Positions 1 through 9,071 of a stretch of 64,000 nt of DNA are shown here, in pieces (position 1 is the stretch's first letter; each line of letters begins with the position of its first letter). Under the pieces are notes generated by a model that was not told the origin of the DNA, made no database searches, and was given only the letters and a program-made list of their open reading frames with translations. The DNA comes from Candidatus Accumulibacter jenkinsii. Its GTDB lineage: Bacteria; Pseudomonadota; Gammaproteobacteria; Burkholderiales; Rhodocyclaceae. The stretch lies in contig JAZKUF010000005.1 of NCBI GenBank assembly GCA_036625225.1, positions 35,553 to 99,552 of the forward strand. Direction: 5' to 3'. A program made the position numbers and the translations under genes.

Positions 1-1117
1 AGGCATGGTGCCGATGAGGATCCTCATCGCCGAACCAGGGACATTGAATCTCGGCGAGTTTTACCAATCGTCCGGAGGCCTCAGGCGCCGGCTCGAGCTG
101 CTCGCCAACACGGCGGACCTGCTCGCGCGCCTTCACGCCGTGCCGCTGGTTTACGCCGACGTCTCGCCGAACAACGTGTTCATCTCGGATACGGCCGAGG
201 CGAGCGAGGTCTGGCTGATCGACCTCGATAATCTCGACTATCTCTCCGTGAACGCGCCCGGGATATTCACGCCTGGCTTCGGTGCGCCAGAGGTCGTGAC
301 GCGCCGCGCAGGGGTCTCGACCCTCTCCGACTCCTACTCCTTCGCCGTCCTCGCGTTCTGGGTCCTCACACAGCAGCACCCGTTTCTTGGCGACTACGTC
401 GAGGAGGGCGGATGGGATGACGACGGCGACCAGGATCGCGAGCAACTCGCGTTTCGCGGCGAGCTACCGTGGATCGAAGACAGCGCGGACGACTCCAACC
501 GCACTAATAAAGGGGTCGCGCGCCACCTCGTGCTCTCGATACCCCTTAAAGAGCTGTTCCAGCGAACCTTTGAAGCTGGTCGAAAAGATCGTCTGGCGCG
601 ACCGAGCATGGCCGAGTGGGCCGAGGCGCTCCGTTGTGCAGCCGATCGCGTCGTCTCTTGCAGGAGCTGCGACTCTTCGTTCGATGTGACCGCTCGCAAG
701 TGTCCGTTTTGCACGGCGAGTCCTAGCCCGTCGTTCATCCACATGCAGGTGAACCGTTGGGACCCCGAGTTCGACGACGCGGCCGGGGCATCTGCGGTCA
801 GCACCCGCGGCGCCGTCTGGCACAAGATGATCGACGTCATGAAGGACAGCGTTGTGCTCCGTCATGTTGTCGAGCCTGTTCTCGCAGACAGAGATGACGC
901 GCCGGTCCTCCGCGTGCGAGTCTTGCGGAGCGGCATCGCCATCGAAGCTCTAGCGAACCAAGAGGTCCACGTGGTCCTTGGAGGCCGCATGCTGCGCATG
1001 GGGGCCGAGATCAAACTGCCACTGCCCAAGGCTGGAAACGAAGCGATTCTTCACTTCGGCCCGCTGGACCGCCCCCACCGCATGGCTGTCCTCCGGCTCT
1101 ATGCGGAGGAAACGTGA
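1..1117 (+). CDS. Hanks-type Ser/Thr protein kinase-like protein, 5'-truncated by the window edge, with a C-terminal zinc ribbon and beta-rich tail
   Basis: ORF 5..1117 starts mid-kinase; no glycine loop or VAIK lysine is in the window. Catalytic-loop-like 'YADVSPNNVF', DFG-equivalent 'LIDLDNL', 'GFGAPE' (APE motif), then 4-Cys ribbon 'CRSCDSS...CPFC'. Stop overlaps the next start (GTGA, 1114-1117). Confidence 0.7.
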   Translation, partial: GMVPMRILIAEPGTLNLGEFYQSSGGLRRRLELLANTADLLARLHAVPLVYADVSPNNVFISDTAEASEVWLIDLDNLDYLSVNAPGIFTPGFGAPEVVTRRAGVSTLSDSYSFAVLAFWVLTQQHPFLGDYVEEGGWDDDGDQDREQLAFRGELPWIEDSADDSNRTNKGVARHLVLSIPLKELFQRTFEAGRKDRLARPSMAEWAEALRCAADRVVSCRSCDSSFDVTARKCPFCTASPSPSFIHMQVNRWDPEFDDAAGASAVSTRGAVWHKMIDVMKDSVVLRHVVEPVLADRDDAPVLRVRVLRSGIAIEALANQEVHVVLGGRMLRMGAEIKLPLPKAGNEAILHFGPLDRPHRMAVLRLYAEET

Positions 1118-4100
1118 AGATCGAACAGGTTCCCTACGGCCAGATTGAGAGCATTCGACTTAGGTGGACGTCGGCGAGTGGGACGCTTCCAAGCTCAGTC
1201 GTGCCTGGTGCCGAGGCGGTGCTTCAGTTCTCTGAGCGCGAGGCGCAGGTGACGCTTCGGATTGGTGGAGATGTCTTGGGCATTCAAGGCGATGGTCGAA
1301 AGCATGAGGTCCTGCTCGCCGACCTATGCACGCGGCACTTGCCTCGTCTGGCTTGGGTCGTCAATGCAGCAGCCCAAGTTATCACGTTGCAGGTCCACAC
1401 GTTCCTGCGAACCCTGACGCTGCCGCCGATTGAACTCGGCGTCGACGAGAAGGTGCTGGACGCGCTGGCGCGGATCGACCGTAGGCTCGCCTCGCCGGAG
1501 CGTGCGCTGCAATGGCTGGAGGAGCAGTTCCTGCTCGACGGAGAGAGCGGCAGGCGAGGGTTTGCGACGGCGGAGTCCAAAACCGGTGTCTTCGCGCTCT
1601 TTGGCCGGACGACGCGGGCGTTCATTCGGGGGGTGAAGCGCTCGGGCTCCACCGAGGGTCTGCTCGTCGATCGCGTCGCTCGCGGGCGCGGTCAGGGCGG
1701 AGAACAGCTCGCTCTGGTGTCGGGGGATGTACGGTTTATCGATGCAACTGTCGCGGGGGAGCTCCGCGCCGATGCAGCAGCTCAGCTTTCGTCTCTGGTC
1801 ACTGCTGGGTCGAGCTTCTTGGACCTGTGGAGCCGCTACGGAGCGATGGAGAACGAAGCGGCGTTGCGCAGGGCGCGGAGGGCTGGTTGGCTCAAGTACG
1901 AACACGTCGAGTCGCTCCCGGACGGACGGTATCGCTTCTCGCTCGCGAACGACTGCACCCTCGAGGATGCGGACCAGTTCAAGCGCACGCTCACCGAGGA
2001 GCAAGGGCTCGGCGTCGAAGCCGTCGGCGAGGTCCCCGAGGTGCTCACGCGCGAGATGTCGTGGGCCGAGTATGACCAGCCTCGCCCGAAGGACGCTCCG
2101 TCGCCTAGGACCTTCGACGGACACGTGGAACTCCACCGGCGAGATCGCACTATTACGCTGGTCCAGCGGCAGAGCGACGAGGGCACTCCGCCGGACACAG
2201 GGGCGCTGGTCGTCTCCCTGCATGGAGACAAAACGCGGCTGAAGCGCCGGTCTGAGGCCGAAAACGCCATCCGTGGAAACACCAACCCGATGCCCCAACT
2301 CCGATATCTGTTGGAAGGGCTGGAGGTTCCGGTCCCTCGCTGTGGCGACATCAAGCCCGTGACGCCCAACGTGAGGCGGAAGGTGTTCGGGACGCGCAGC
2401 CCCACGCCGACGCAGGAGAAGGCGCTTTGGGTTGCACTCAATACGCCGGACATCGCGCTAATCCAAGGCCCGCCGGGCACAGGAAAGACGACAGTCATTG
2501 TCGCCCTCGTTGAGCGGCTTCAAGAGGTCTGGGACACGCAGGACGGCGTCCAGGGCCGTCTACTGCTGAGCGGCTTCCAGCACGACGCTGTCGAGAACGC
2601 GATTCAGCGCATGAACGTGAACGGACTCCCTCCCATCAAGTTCGGCGGTCGAGCGAACAACGCCGAGGATGCGGACAGTGTCGACGTGACGATCGACAGG
2701 TGGTCCGGCGAACGCAGCGCGGAGATTCGCAAGAACCTCCCGCCACAGCCCGCTTCAGTTCTGAAGAAGGAGCTCTCCGAGCTGGTGCAGGGCTATTTTC
2801 TGGCGCCGGGCACGCTCGAACACACGGCGTCCTTGCTTCAAAGTGTCGCGACACGCGTCCATGGCGCGGTGCCCGCAGCGCTCGTCGACCGCATCGTCGC
2901 GCTTGCACGAGAGCTGTTCGAGCGTGCGCGAGCGGCACGCGGTGGAGACCCGGACCACGAGCGCCTCGTCCGCTGCGTGCGCGGTCTGCGCTGCGACGTG
3001 CGTTCCTTCGCCGATGATGGAGCACGAAATGCTGTCCGGCTCGATCGCGAGTTTGCCCGCTCAGGGCGTAGAGGCGAGCAAGCGAAGACGCTGCTCGAGA
3101 CTGCCTCGCGATGGAGCGGGACTGGGATCCCTCCGTTCCTCGACGACCTTCGCGTGCTTCGCCGACGGCTGTTGCTTGATCTACTCCCTCCTGATCGCAC
3201 CGAGGACACCATCCCGCGCGTTCGCACCGATGTCCTCGAGTTGCTGAGCGAGGTGCGTGATCACCTCGAGCAGTGTCAGAACACGACGCGAGACGCGGCA
3301 AACGAGGCGACGTGGAGGTTCCTCTCGGCGCTCGAAGGGGAGCCAGAGGCCGTCAAGTTCGCCGTCATCTCGTACACATCGGTGTTCGCTGCGACCTGCC
3401 AGCAGTCGGCAAGGCAGGAGCTTGCAACGCTCAAGGGCTCCGAGGGCTACGACACCGTCGTCGTGGATGAGGCCGCGCGCGCGATGCCGCTCGACCTTTT
3501 CATCCCAATGGCCCGCGCAAGGCGACGGATCGTGCTCGTAGGCGACCACCGTCAGCTCCCTCACATTCTCGACCAAGAGCTTGAGCGCGAACTCGAGGAG
3601 GCGCTGTCAGATGGCAAAAGCGCGGGAGAACGCACGGGCGAAATGCTGAAAGAGAGCCTCTTCGAGCGACTCTTCAAGGATCTCGGGGATCGAGAGAAGC
3701 GCGACAGAATCCCTCGCGTGGTCACCCTCGACGAGCAGTACCGCATGCACCCGGTGCTGGGGCAGTTCGTCAGCGACCAGTTCTACAAACCGCACGGCGA
3801 GGCCTTCAGGTCGCCCCTTCCTGCTTCGAACTTCGTTCACTCGCTGCCCGGCCATGGCGGACCGGCATCGTGGCTCAATGTGCCGCACAAACTTGGCCCT
3901 GAGCGTAATGGACAAAGCAAGTCGCGTCCTGTCGAGGCGCAGGCTATCGTTGCAGAGTTGAAGCGGCTCATGGATTCGACGGAGGGCCGCGAACTTACCT
4001 TCGGCGTGATCTCCTTCTACAAGCAGCAGGTCAAGGTGATCGAGGATGCGCTCGTGGAAGCCGGGATCGTCGCTCGAACGGACGAGACGACGGAGATCGT

Positions 4101-4410
4101 TGTCCCCTACCGGGAGTTGCCGTTCCCCAATGGTCGCGTCGCGGAGCGCCTCCGGTTCGGCACCGTCGACGCTTTCCAGGGCATGGAGTTCGATGTCGTG
4201 TTCCTCTCGATGGTCCGCAGCAATCCCCGCAGGGTCTTCGGGCACGTCACCTCTCCGAACCGTCTCTGCGTGGCGATGAGCCGTCAGAAGCGGCTCCTGA
4301 TCGTTGCAGGCGACGACGGCATGCTCCGCGCGGACAATGCGCCGAAGGCGATCAGCCCCCTGGTCGAGTTCTACAAGTTGAGCGAGGTGCGCGATGCCGC
4401 CCGTGTTTGA
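1114..4410 (+). CDS. Superfamily-1 helicase, Upf1/Dna2-like (AAA_11/AAA_12 layout), with an unassigned ~450-aa N-terminal region
   Basis: Walker A 'GPPGTGKT', Walker B 'VVVDEAARA', 'GDHRQLPH', 'LDEQYRMH', 'GTVDAFQGMEFDVVFLS', 'VAMSRQKRLLIV'. GTG start overlaps the kinase stop. The 3' end overlaps the next gene by 17 nt. Confidence 0.85.
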   Translation: MKIEQVPYGQIESIRLRWTSASGTLPSSVVPGAEAVLQFSEREAQVTLRIGGDVLGIQGDGRKHEVLLADLCTRHLPRLAWVVNAAAQVITLQVHTFLRTLTLPPIELGVDEKVLDALARIDRRLASPERALQWLEEQFLLDGESGRRGFATAESKTGVFALFGRTTRAFIRGVKRSGSTEGLLVDRVARGRGQGGEQLALVSGDVRFIDATVAGELRADAAAQLSSLVTAGSSFLDLWSRYGAMENEAALRRARRAGWLKYEHVESLPDGRYRFSLANDCTLEDADQFKRTLTEEQGLGVEAVGEVPEVLTREMSWAEYDQPRPKDAPSPRTFDGHVELHRRDRTITLVQRQSDEGTPPDTGALVVSLHGDKTRLKRRSEAENAIRGNTNPMPQLRYLLEGLEVPVPRCGDIKPVTPNVRRKVFGTRSPTPTQEKALWVALNTPDIALIQGPPGTGKTTVIVALVERLQEVWDTQDGVQGRLLLSGFQHDAVENAIQRMNVNGLPPIKFGGRANNAEDADSVDVTIDRWSGERSAEIRKNLPPQPASVLKKELSELVQGYFLAPGTLEHTASLLQSVATRVHGAVPAALVDRIVALARELFERARAARGGDPDHERLVRCVRGLRCDVRSFADDGARNAVRLDREFARSGRRGEQAKTLLETASRWSGTGIPPFLDDLRVLRRRLLLDLLPPDRTEDTIPRVRTDVLELLSEVRDHLEQCQNTTRDAANEATWRFLSALEGEPEAVKFAVISYTSVFAATCQQSARQELATLKGSEGYDTVVVDEAARAMPLDLFIPMARARRRIVLVGDHRQLPHILDQELERELEEALSDGKSAGERTGEMLKESLFERLFKDLGDREKRDRIPRVVTLDEQYRMHPVLGQFVSDQFYKPHGEAFRSPLPASNFVHSLPGHGGPASWLNVPHKLGPERNGQSKSRPVEAQAIVAELKRLMDSTEGRELTFGVISFYKQQVKVIEDALVEAGIVARTDETTEIVVPYRELPFPNGRVAERLRFGTVDAFQGMEFDVVFLSMVRSNPRRVFGHVTSPNRLCVAMSRQKRLLIVAGDDGMLRADNAPKAISPLVEFYKLSEVRDAARV

Positions 4411-6619
4411 TCGCACGACGCCGGTCGTGGATTTCGGCGCCACGTCGTTGCCGTTCAAGCGCGGGGCTCGTCGATGGCTGGTGTGGCCCGCGCTCGCGTA
4501 CAAGGTCCTTCTTCCGTCTCGGGGCAACCCGCCGTTCAACGTACTTCAGCGCGCCGCGCTCGACATGTGTCGAGCGGGGGTCCGGGACGCCGAGGAGATC
4601 TCGCGCCGCCTCTCGCTCCATTTGGACTTGGTCGCTTTCGTGATCGAGCAACTCGTCACCATCGGCATGCTCGATGAGGCGCGCGTACCGACGCACCGGG
4701 CGCTGCGCCTGATGAACGAGGAGGACGAACCCAGTGAGTTGGAGGACGCCGGCTACGTCTTCGTCGATGTGGTTGATGGGAGACGCGTCTGGCCGCGCGT
4801 CCACCGAGGAGGCCTACCAATCGTCGAGGCTGAGTTCGAGCAGTCCAAGGCCAAGTTCCAGCGGGGCACCCTGGGCCACCCGGAGGATGTCTTCGCCAAC
4901 GTAGTGTGGCCAGAAACCGGGGCACGGTCTATCGCGCCGAGCGCGTACGAGGCGCAGAAGTCTGCCCGACATCACGCTCGCCGATTGCGCGCCTTCCGAC
5001 GTGAGGTCTCTCCCGGCGGAGGCTCCGGGGGAGCCCTAGATACTCTCAAGGCTGGAGGGCTACGTGTCGTCGATGTGGAGCCGGAGCCCATTTTCGTGGC
5101 GGCCTGTGTGTTTCTGCCGAAGGATGTGCGGCAGCGCTCCTGGTTGATCACGGATCCCTTGGGGCTCGGTGTCAGCGACGTGCTTCGGGCCGGGGTGACC
5201 AAGCTCGCCAAGGAAGGGAAGTACGGCCTCGCGGAGTTGCTGAAAAAGGTCGCAGGCGACGCTTGGCACGTCGATGAGGGAGATCTCGCACTGTACTTGG
5301 CTGAGGCTAAGCAAGCCGCTACCGAGCGCGTCGCCCGTCGCCTCGGCGAGGCCGCGAGGCTGCTCCCCCCCGATGCACTGGCACGTCTCGCCGATGCCGA
5401 CGTGCGCCTCGAAGGAGTGCAGACGGCCAAGCCAATCGAAGACTTCCTCGGCAATGCGTACGCGGCCCTTGAGAGCGTATTTGGCTGGCTGGTGTCGCTC
5501 TTCCCGGACCCGAGCCTCTTCTCAGTGCTAGGTAACAACGCGCCCGAGAACGCGACGCTACTCCGACGAATCGCTGATCAGGTCGGCTTCGCTGCCTCAC
5601 AGCGCATACTGCCTCTCCTGAGCGTCACCCGTGGCATCGTGAAGGGGGCGATCTGTTTCGGCAACAAGACCTTCCCGGGCCGACTGGCTGCGACGCTGCT
5701 GGCGGCGCAGCGCAACGGAGACCACCCGCTCGCCACTTTGGCCGCGCGCGAGCCCGACGCGCTGGAGTTCTTCGCTGAGATGGGAAAGCGCAGAATCGAC
5801 GCCTCGCACGACACCTCGGCGGTCCCGAGCGTCGAGATCGCGGTCGAGATGAAGGACCGCTTGTTCGCGGTCCTACGGGCGCTGGTTGGTGCTGGTCCAG
5901 TGGACGTGGAGACCGACGCACAGGCGCCATCATGGGGGGGCGACCTGCTTCTGCGCGTCCGAGCGCGGGCTGAACAGGCCTCCGAGGGGTATCCAGGGCT
6001 CGTTGAACGTCCCGATCTGCGTGCGCGCGTGATCGAAATGCACCACGCAGCGCTGCTCGTGAAGTTGCTCGCAGGGTCCGCAGCCACGTCCTCGGAAAAG
6101 TTGCTCGCAGGGTCCGCAGCCACGTCCTCGGAAACCTTGAGTACGCGGGCTCGCGACGCTGTTGTGGCTCTCACCATCGCGATGGAGGCGACCTTCGCAG
6201 CGATCGAAGCAGAGGCTTCGACGCCATCCGAGGTCGCGCAGACGATCTCGGATGACCGGGAGCGAAACGCGACGCTCCTAGCGTCTGCGGCCGTCGCGGT
6301 CGGCTTCGAGGTCGAAACGTCGGGGCAACTCCCCAAGGCTCTTACCCACGCAAAAGCTAACCGTATGCGGCGGGCTGCGCAGGGTCAGAGGGAGACGTTG
6401 TCGGCGCGCGTTGCTGTCCAGTTGTTTGCAGCGCACATGAAGGCAGACCATCCGCTCCGCGAGGTCGCGAAGCGGCTTCCCTCCTTGCTTCGGGACGTGG
6501 GTCGCATCGTCGATGCCCGCGGGCATGGAGATGATGTCGTCGTCACGGCATCCGAAGTCGCCGAGATCGAGACGATGGTTGCAAACGACATTCGGACGAT
6601 GCTCGAAGCGATTGATTAA
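4394..6619 (+). CDS. Hypothetical protein with N-terminal wHTH-like segment and two HEPN-like R-x4-6-H helices (candidate RNase)
   Basis: 'EMGKRRIDASHDTSAVPSVEIAVEMKDRLFAVLRAL' (codons at 5789-5809) and C-terminal 'DVGRIVDARGHGDDVVVTASEVAEIETMVANDIRTMLEAI' (6503-6526) look like two copies of one helix-motif-helix unit. N-terminal 'NVLQRAALDMCRAGVRDAEEISRRLSLHLDLVAFVIEQL' looks wHTH-like. Translationally coupled on both sides. Confidence 0.55.
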   Translation: MPPVFDRTTPVVDFGATSLPFKRGARRWLVWPALAYKVLLPSRGNPPFNVLQRAALDMCRAGVRDAEEISRRLSLHLDLVAFVIEQLVTIGMLDEARVPTHRALRLMNEEDEPSELEDAGYVFVDVVDGRRVWPRVHRGGLPIVEAEFEQSKAKFQRGTLGHPEDVFANVVWPETGARSIAPSAYEAQKSARHHARRLRAFRREVSPGGGSGGALDTLKAGGLRVVDVEPEPIFVAACVFLPKDVRQRSWLITDPLGLGVSDVLRAGVTKLAKEGKYGLAELLKKVAGDAWHVDEGDLALYLAEAKQAATERVARRLGEAARLLPPDALARLADADVRLEGVQTAKPIEDFLGNAYAALESVFGWLVSLFPDPSLFSVLGNNAPENATLLRRIADQVGFAASQRILPLLSVTRGIVKGAICFGNKTFPGRLAATLLAAQRNGDHPLATLAAREPDALEFFAEMGKRRIDASHDTSAVPSVEIAVEMKDRLFAVLRALVGAGPVDVETDAQAPSWGGDLLLRVRARAEQASEGYPGLVERPDLRARVIEMHHAALLVKLLAGSAATSSEKLLAGSAATSSETLSTRARDAVVALTIAMEATFAAIEAEASTPSEVAQTISDDRERNATLLASAAVAVGFEVETSGQLPKALTHAKANRMRRAAQGQRETLSARVAVQLFAAHMKADHPLREVAKRLPSLLRDVGRIVDARGHGDDVVVTASEVAEIETMVANDIRTMLEAID
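6062..6133 (+). repeat. Perfect 36-bp tandem duplication (2 copies) inside the CDS
   Basis: 'aagttgctcgcagggtccgcagccacgtcctcggaa' occurs at 6062-6097 and again at 6098-6133, encoding KLLAGSAATSSE twice, in frame. Confidence 0.95.
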
Positions 6620-6635
6620 GGAGAAATCGAAGACC

Positions 6636-9071
6636 ATGAGCGGCCTATACGAAGGAACCACCACTGCCGGAGCCAATACAAAGGGCGCTAATACTGCGCT
6701 CGACGTCAACGCGGCGGTTCGCGTCAAGCAACTCGACGCGCGTGAGCAGTCCTTGACTGCAAGGGAGCACACGCTAAAGGAGCTCGAGCGACAGATCAAG
6801 GACCAGGCTACCTCACTTAAGGAACGTGAGGCGGAGGTCGAGGCTGCGGAGTCGAAGACCCAGCGCGACCTCGCCGATCTCGCGAAACGCCAGAAGCAGG
6901 TGGCAGAGACCGAGAGCTCCATTGAGGCGCGCGCTCGTGACTTGGCTCAGCGTGAGATCGAGGCGAGCGAAGGATTCGCCTCCAAGAACCGTGAAGCGCT
7001 CACCGCGCTCACGAAGACTCACGCGTCATTGCGCGCCCAGTCGGAGCGTCTGCAGTCCGAGTTGGATGCCGCCCGGATAAAGGGCATCGAAGACCTCGAG
7101 AAGCGGCTCGCCGATGAGCGACGAACCCGCACCGAGGCTCTCGACGCTGATATTCAAGCGGATCGCAAGCGTCACATCGCAAAGCTCGCTGCCGAGGGCG
7201 CAACGCAGGATGTGGCGCTTGCTGAACAGAGGGCGCGCTTCGCCAAGGAGCAGCAGACCGCGCTTGAGGAGATCGAGCGAGAGCGCGTTCGTCTTGCTGA
7301 CCTGGAGGCCGAGCTTCGCCACAGGCTCGGCGACCTGCGCTGGAAGGAGGAGGACCTCGCGGGGTACCGCTCTGGCATCGACCGGTCCATTGAGGAGCGG
7401 TCTCGCGACCAAGTGGCGTCGTTGGAGCGCCAGTTGGACGCGCTGCGCGAGGACCACAGACGGGACCGTGACCTGGTCATCTCGCTCGAGTCTCAGTTGG
7501 CAGCGTCGCGCGACCTCCTGACCCGATTCGGAGACGACCCCGCCGAGATCGAGAAGCGCATCGCGCAGCAGGCGAAGAAGATCAGCGACCTTGAAAAGGA
7601 GCTGCTCCGTCGTCCAAGCGCAACCGACAAGGAACTCTTGGTCACCCTGCAAGAGCAGGAGCGTGTCTGGGCGGCTGAACGAGACCGGTTGGTTCGTGAG
7701 ATCACACAGCTCAAGGCTGAGCAGAGCCGCTGGCTGACCGGTGTCGCCGACCTCGAGCAGCAACGGGAACGACGCGAGGTGGCAGAGCGTCGGATCGAGG
7801 TGCTTGCTGGAGAGATGGAAAAGTACAGGGCGGACGTCGACCGGATGCGTGCGCTATATCAGAGCCCCGCAGAGCGGGCGGCACTGGTCGGGCGCATCGA
7901 GGATCCGTGGCGTACTGATTTCAAACGAGCCAAGGGCAGCACGCCGAGGGAACTCGACTGGCTCAACGATATCGTGGCCAAGTGCGAATACAGCGGCATG
8001 CGTTTCCCGAAGCGCCTGGTTCACGCTTTCCATACGTCGCTGAAGGCCGCAGAGCTATCACCACTGACACCACTGACGGTGCTCGCCGGCGTGAGCGGCA
8101 CCGGAAAGTCGGAACTTCCTCGCCTTTACTCGCGTTTCGGTGGGCTTGGGTTCCTCTCACTCGCCGTCCAACCAAACTGGGACGGCCCGCAGTCGCTGTT
8201 CGGTTTCTTCAACTCGATCGACAACCAATTCAACGCAACAACGGTCCTGCGCGCGATGGTGCAGGCGCAGCATGACCCTGACCACGAGACCTACAAACAC
8301 GGGCTCTCGGACCGCCTCCTGTTGGTTTTGCTCGACGAGATGAATCTCGCTCACGTTGAGCAGTACTTCAGTGACCTCCTTAGCCGCCTCGAGCAGCGTC
8401 GTGGGGAGAGCCGAGACGTCACGCTCGATATCGACCTCGGTTCCAGAGAGCCGCCGTACCAGTTGCGCCTTGGTCGGAATGTGCTCTGGGTGGGCACGAT
8501 GAACGAGGACGAGACGACGAAGGCTCTCTCCGACAAGGTCATCGATCGCTCGAACCTGTTGTACTTTCCGCGTCCGCGCGAGCTTCACAGTCGTACGGAG
8601 GTTACCCTCGGTGCGGAGTCGCCGTTGCTGGCGGAGAGTGCGTGGCGCGAGTGGCTGCAGCTTCGGTCGCCGTTCACCTCGGACGAGCTCAAGCCCTTCA
8701 AGGATGGGCTTCAGGAGATCAACTCGCGGCTGGAATACGTCGGCCGCGCCCTCGGACACCGCGTCTGGCAGTCGGTTGAGTTCTACATAGCCAACCACCC
8801 CGAAGTGATCGACGCACGCGCGCGGAAGGACGAGGACGCGCTCCAGCGCGAGATGCGACGTGCCTACGAGGATCAGCTCGTCCTCAAGGTGATGCCGAAG
8901 CTTCGTGGCATCGAAACCTCCGGCAAGTCGAGAAACGAGACCCTCGATCCGATCAAGAAGCAGCTCGCCGAGTTTGGCACAGGCTTGTCCAAGGACTTCG
9001 ACATCGCGTGCCGCGTTGGACATGGTGCGTTCCTCTGGAACAGCGCGACGTACCTGGAGAACGCTGAATGA
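6636..9071 (+). CDS. Coiled-coil / McrB-family AAA+ GTPase fusion
   Basis: ATG at 6636 follows 'aaggag'. About 430 aa are E/R/L/A/Q-rich coiled coil ('LKELERQIKDQATSLKEREAEVEAAESK...'). Then McrB-type core: 'LAGVSGTGKSELPRLY', 'LLVLLDEMNLAHVEQYFSDLLS', 'VGTMNEDETTKALSDKVIDRSNLLYF'. Stop overlaps the next start (ATGA, 9068-9071). Confidence 0.8.
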   Translation: MSGLYEGTTTAGANTKGANTALDVNAAVRVKQLDAREQSLTAREHTLKELERQIKDQATSLKEREAEVEAAESKTQRDLADLAKRQKQVAETESSIEARARDLAQREIEASEGFASKNREALTALTKTHASLRAQSERLQSELDAARIKGIEDLEKRLADERRTRTEALDADIQADRKRHIAKLAAEGATQDVALAEQRARFAKEQQTALEEIERERVRLADLEAELRHRLGDLRWKEEDLAGYRSGIDRSIEERSRDQVASLERQLDALREDHRRDRDLVISLESQLAASRDLLTRFGDDPAEIEKRIAQQAKKISDLEKELLRRPSATDKELLVTLQEQERVWAAERDRLVREITQLKAEQSRWLTGVADLEQQRERREVAERRIEVLAGEMEKYRADVDRMRALYQSPAERAALVGRIEDPWRTDFKRAKGSTPRELDWLNDIVAKCEYSGMRFPKRLVHAFHTSLKAAELSPLTPLTVLAGVSGTGKSELPRLYSRFGGLGFLSLAVQPNWDGPQSLFGFFNSIDNQFNATTVLRAMVQAQHDPDHETYKHGLSDRLLLVLLDEMNLAHVEQYFSDLLSRLEQRRGESRDVTLDIDLGSREPPYQLRLGRNVLWVGTMNEDETTKALSDKVIDRSNLLYFPRPRELHSRTEVTLGAESPLLAESAWREWLQLRSPFTSDELKPFKDGLQEINSRLEYVGRALGHRVWQSVEFYIANHPEVIDARARKDEDALQREMRRAYEDQLVLKVMPKLRGIETSGKSRNETLDPIKKQLAEFGTGLSKDFDIACRVGHGAFLWNSATYLENAE

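Noticed and set aside
387-4539. Numerous 60-320-aa ORFs in other frames and strands across the kinase and helicase genes (for example 1324-2298, 3607-4539).
   Set aside because: They are shadow ORFs in very G+C-rich coding DNA. The annotated frames carry kinase and helicase motifs and form a coupled operon.
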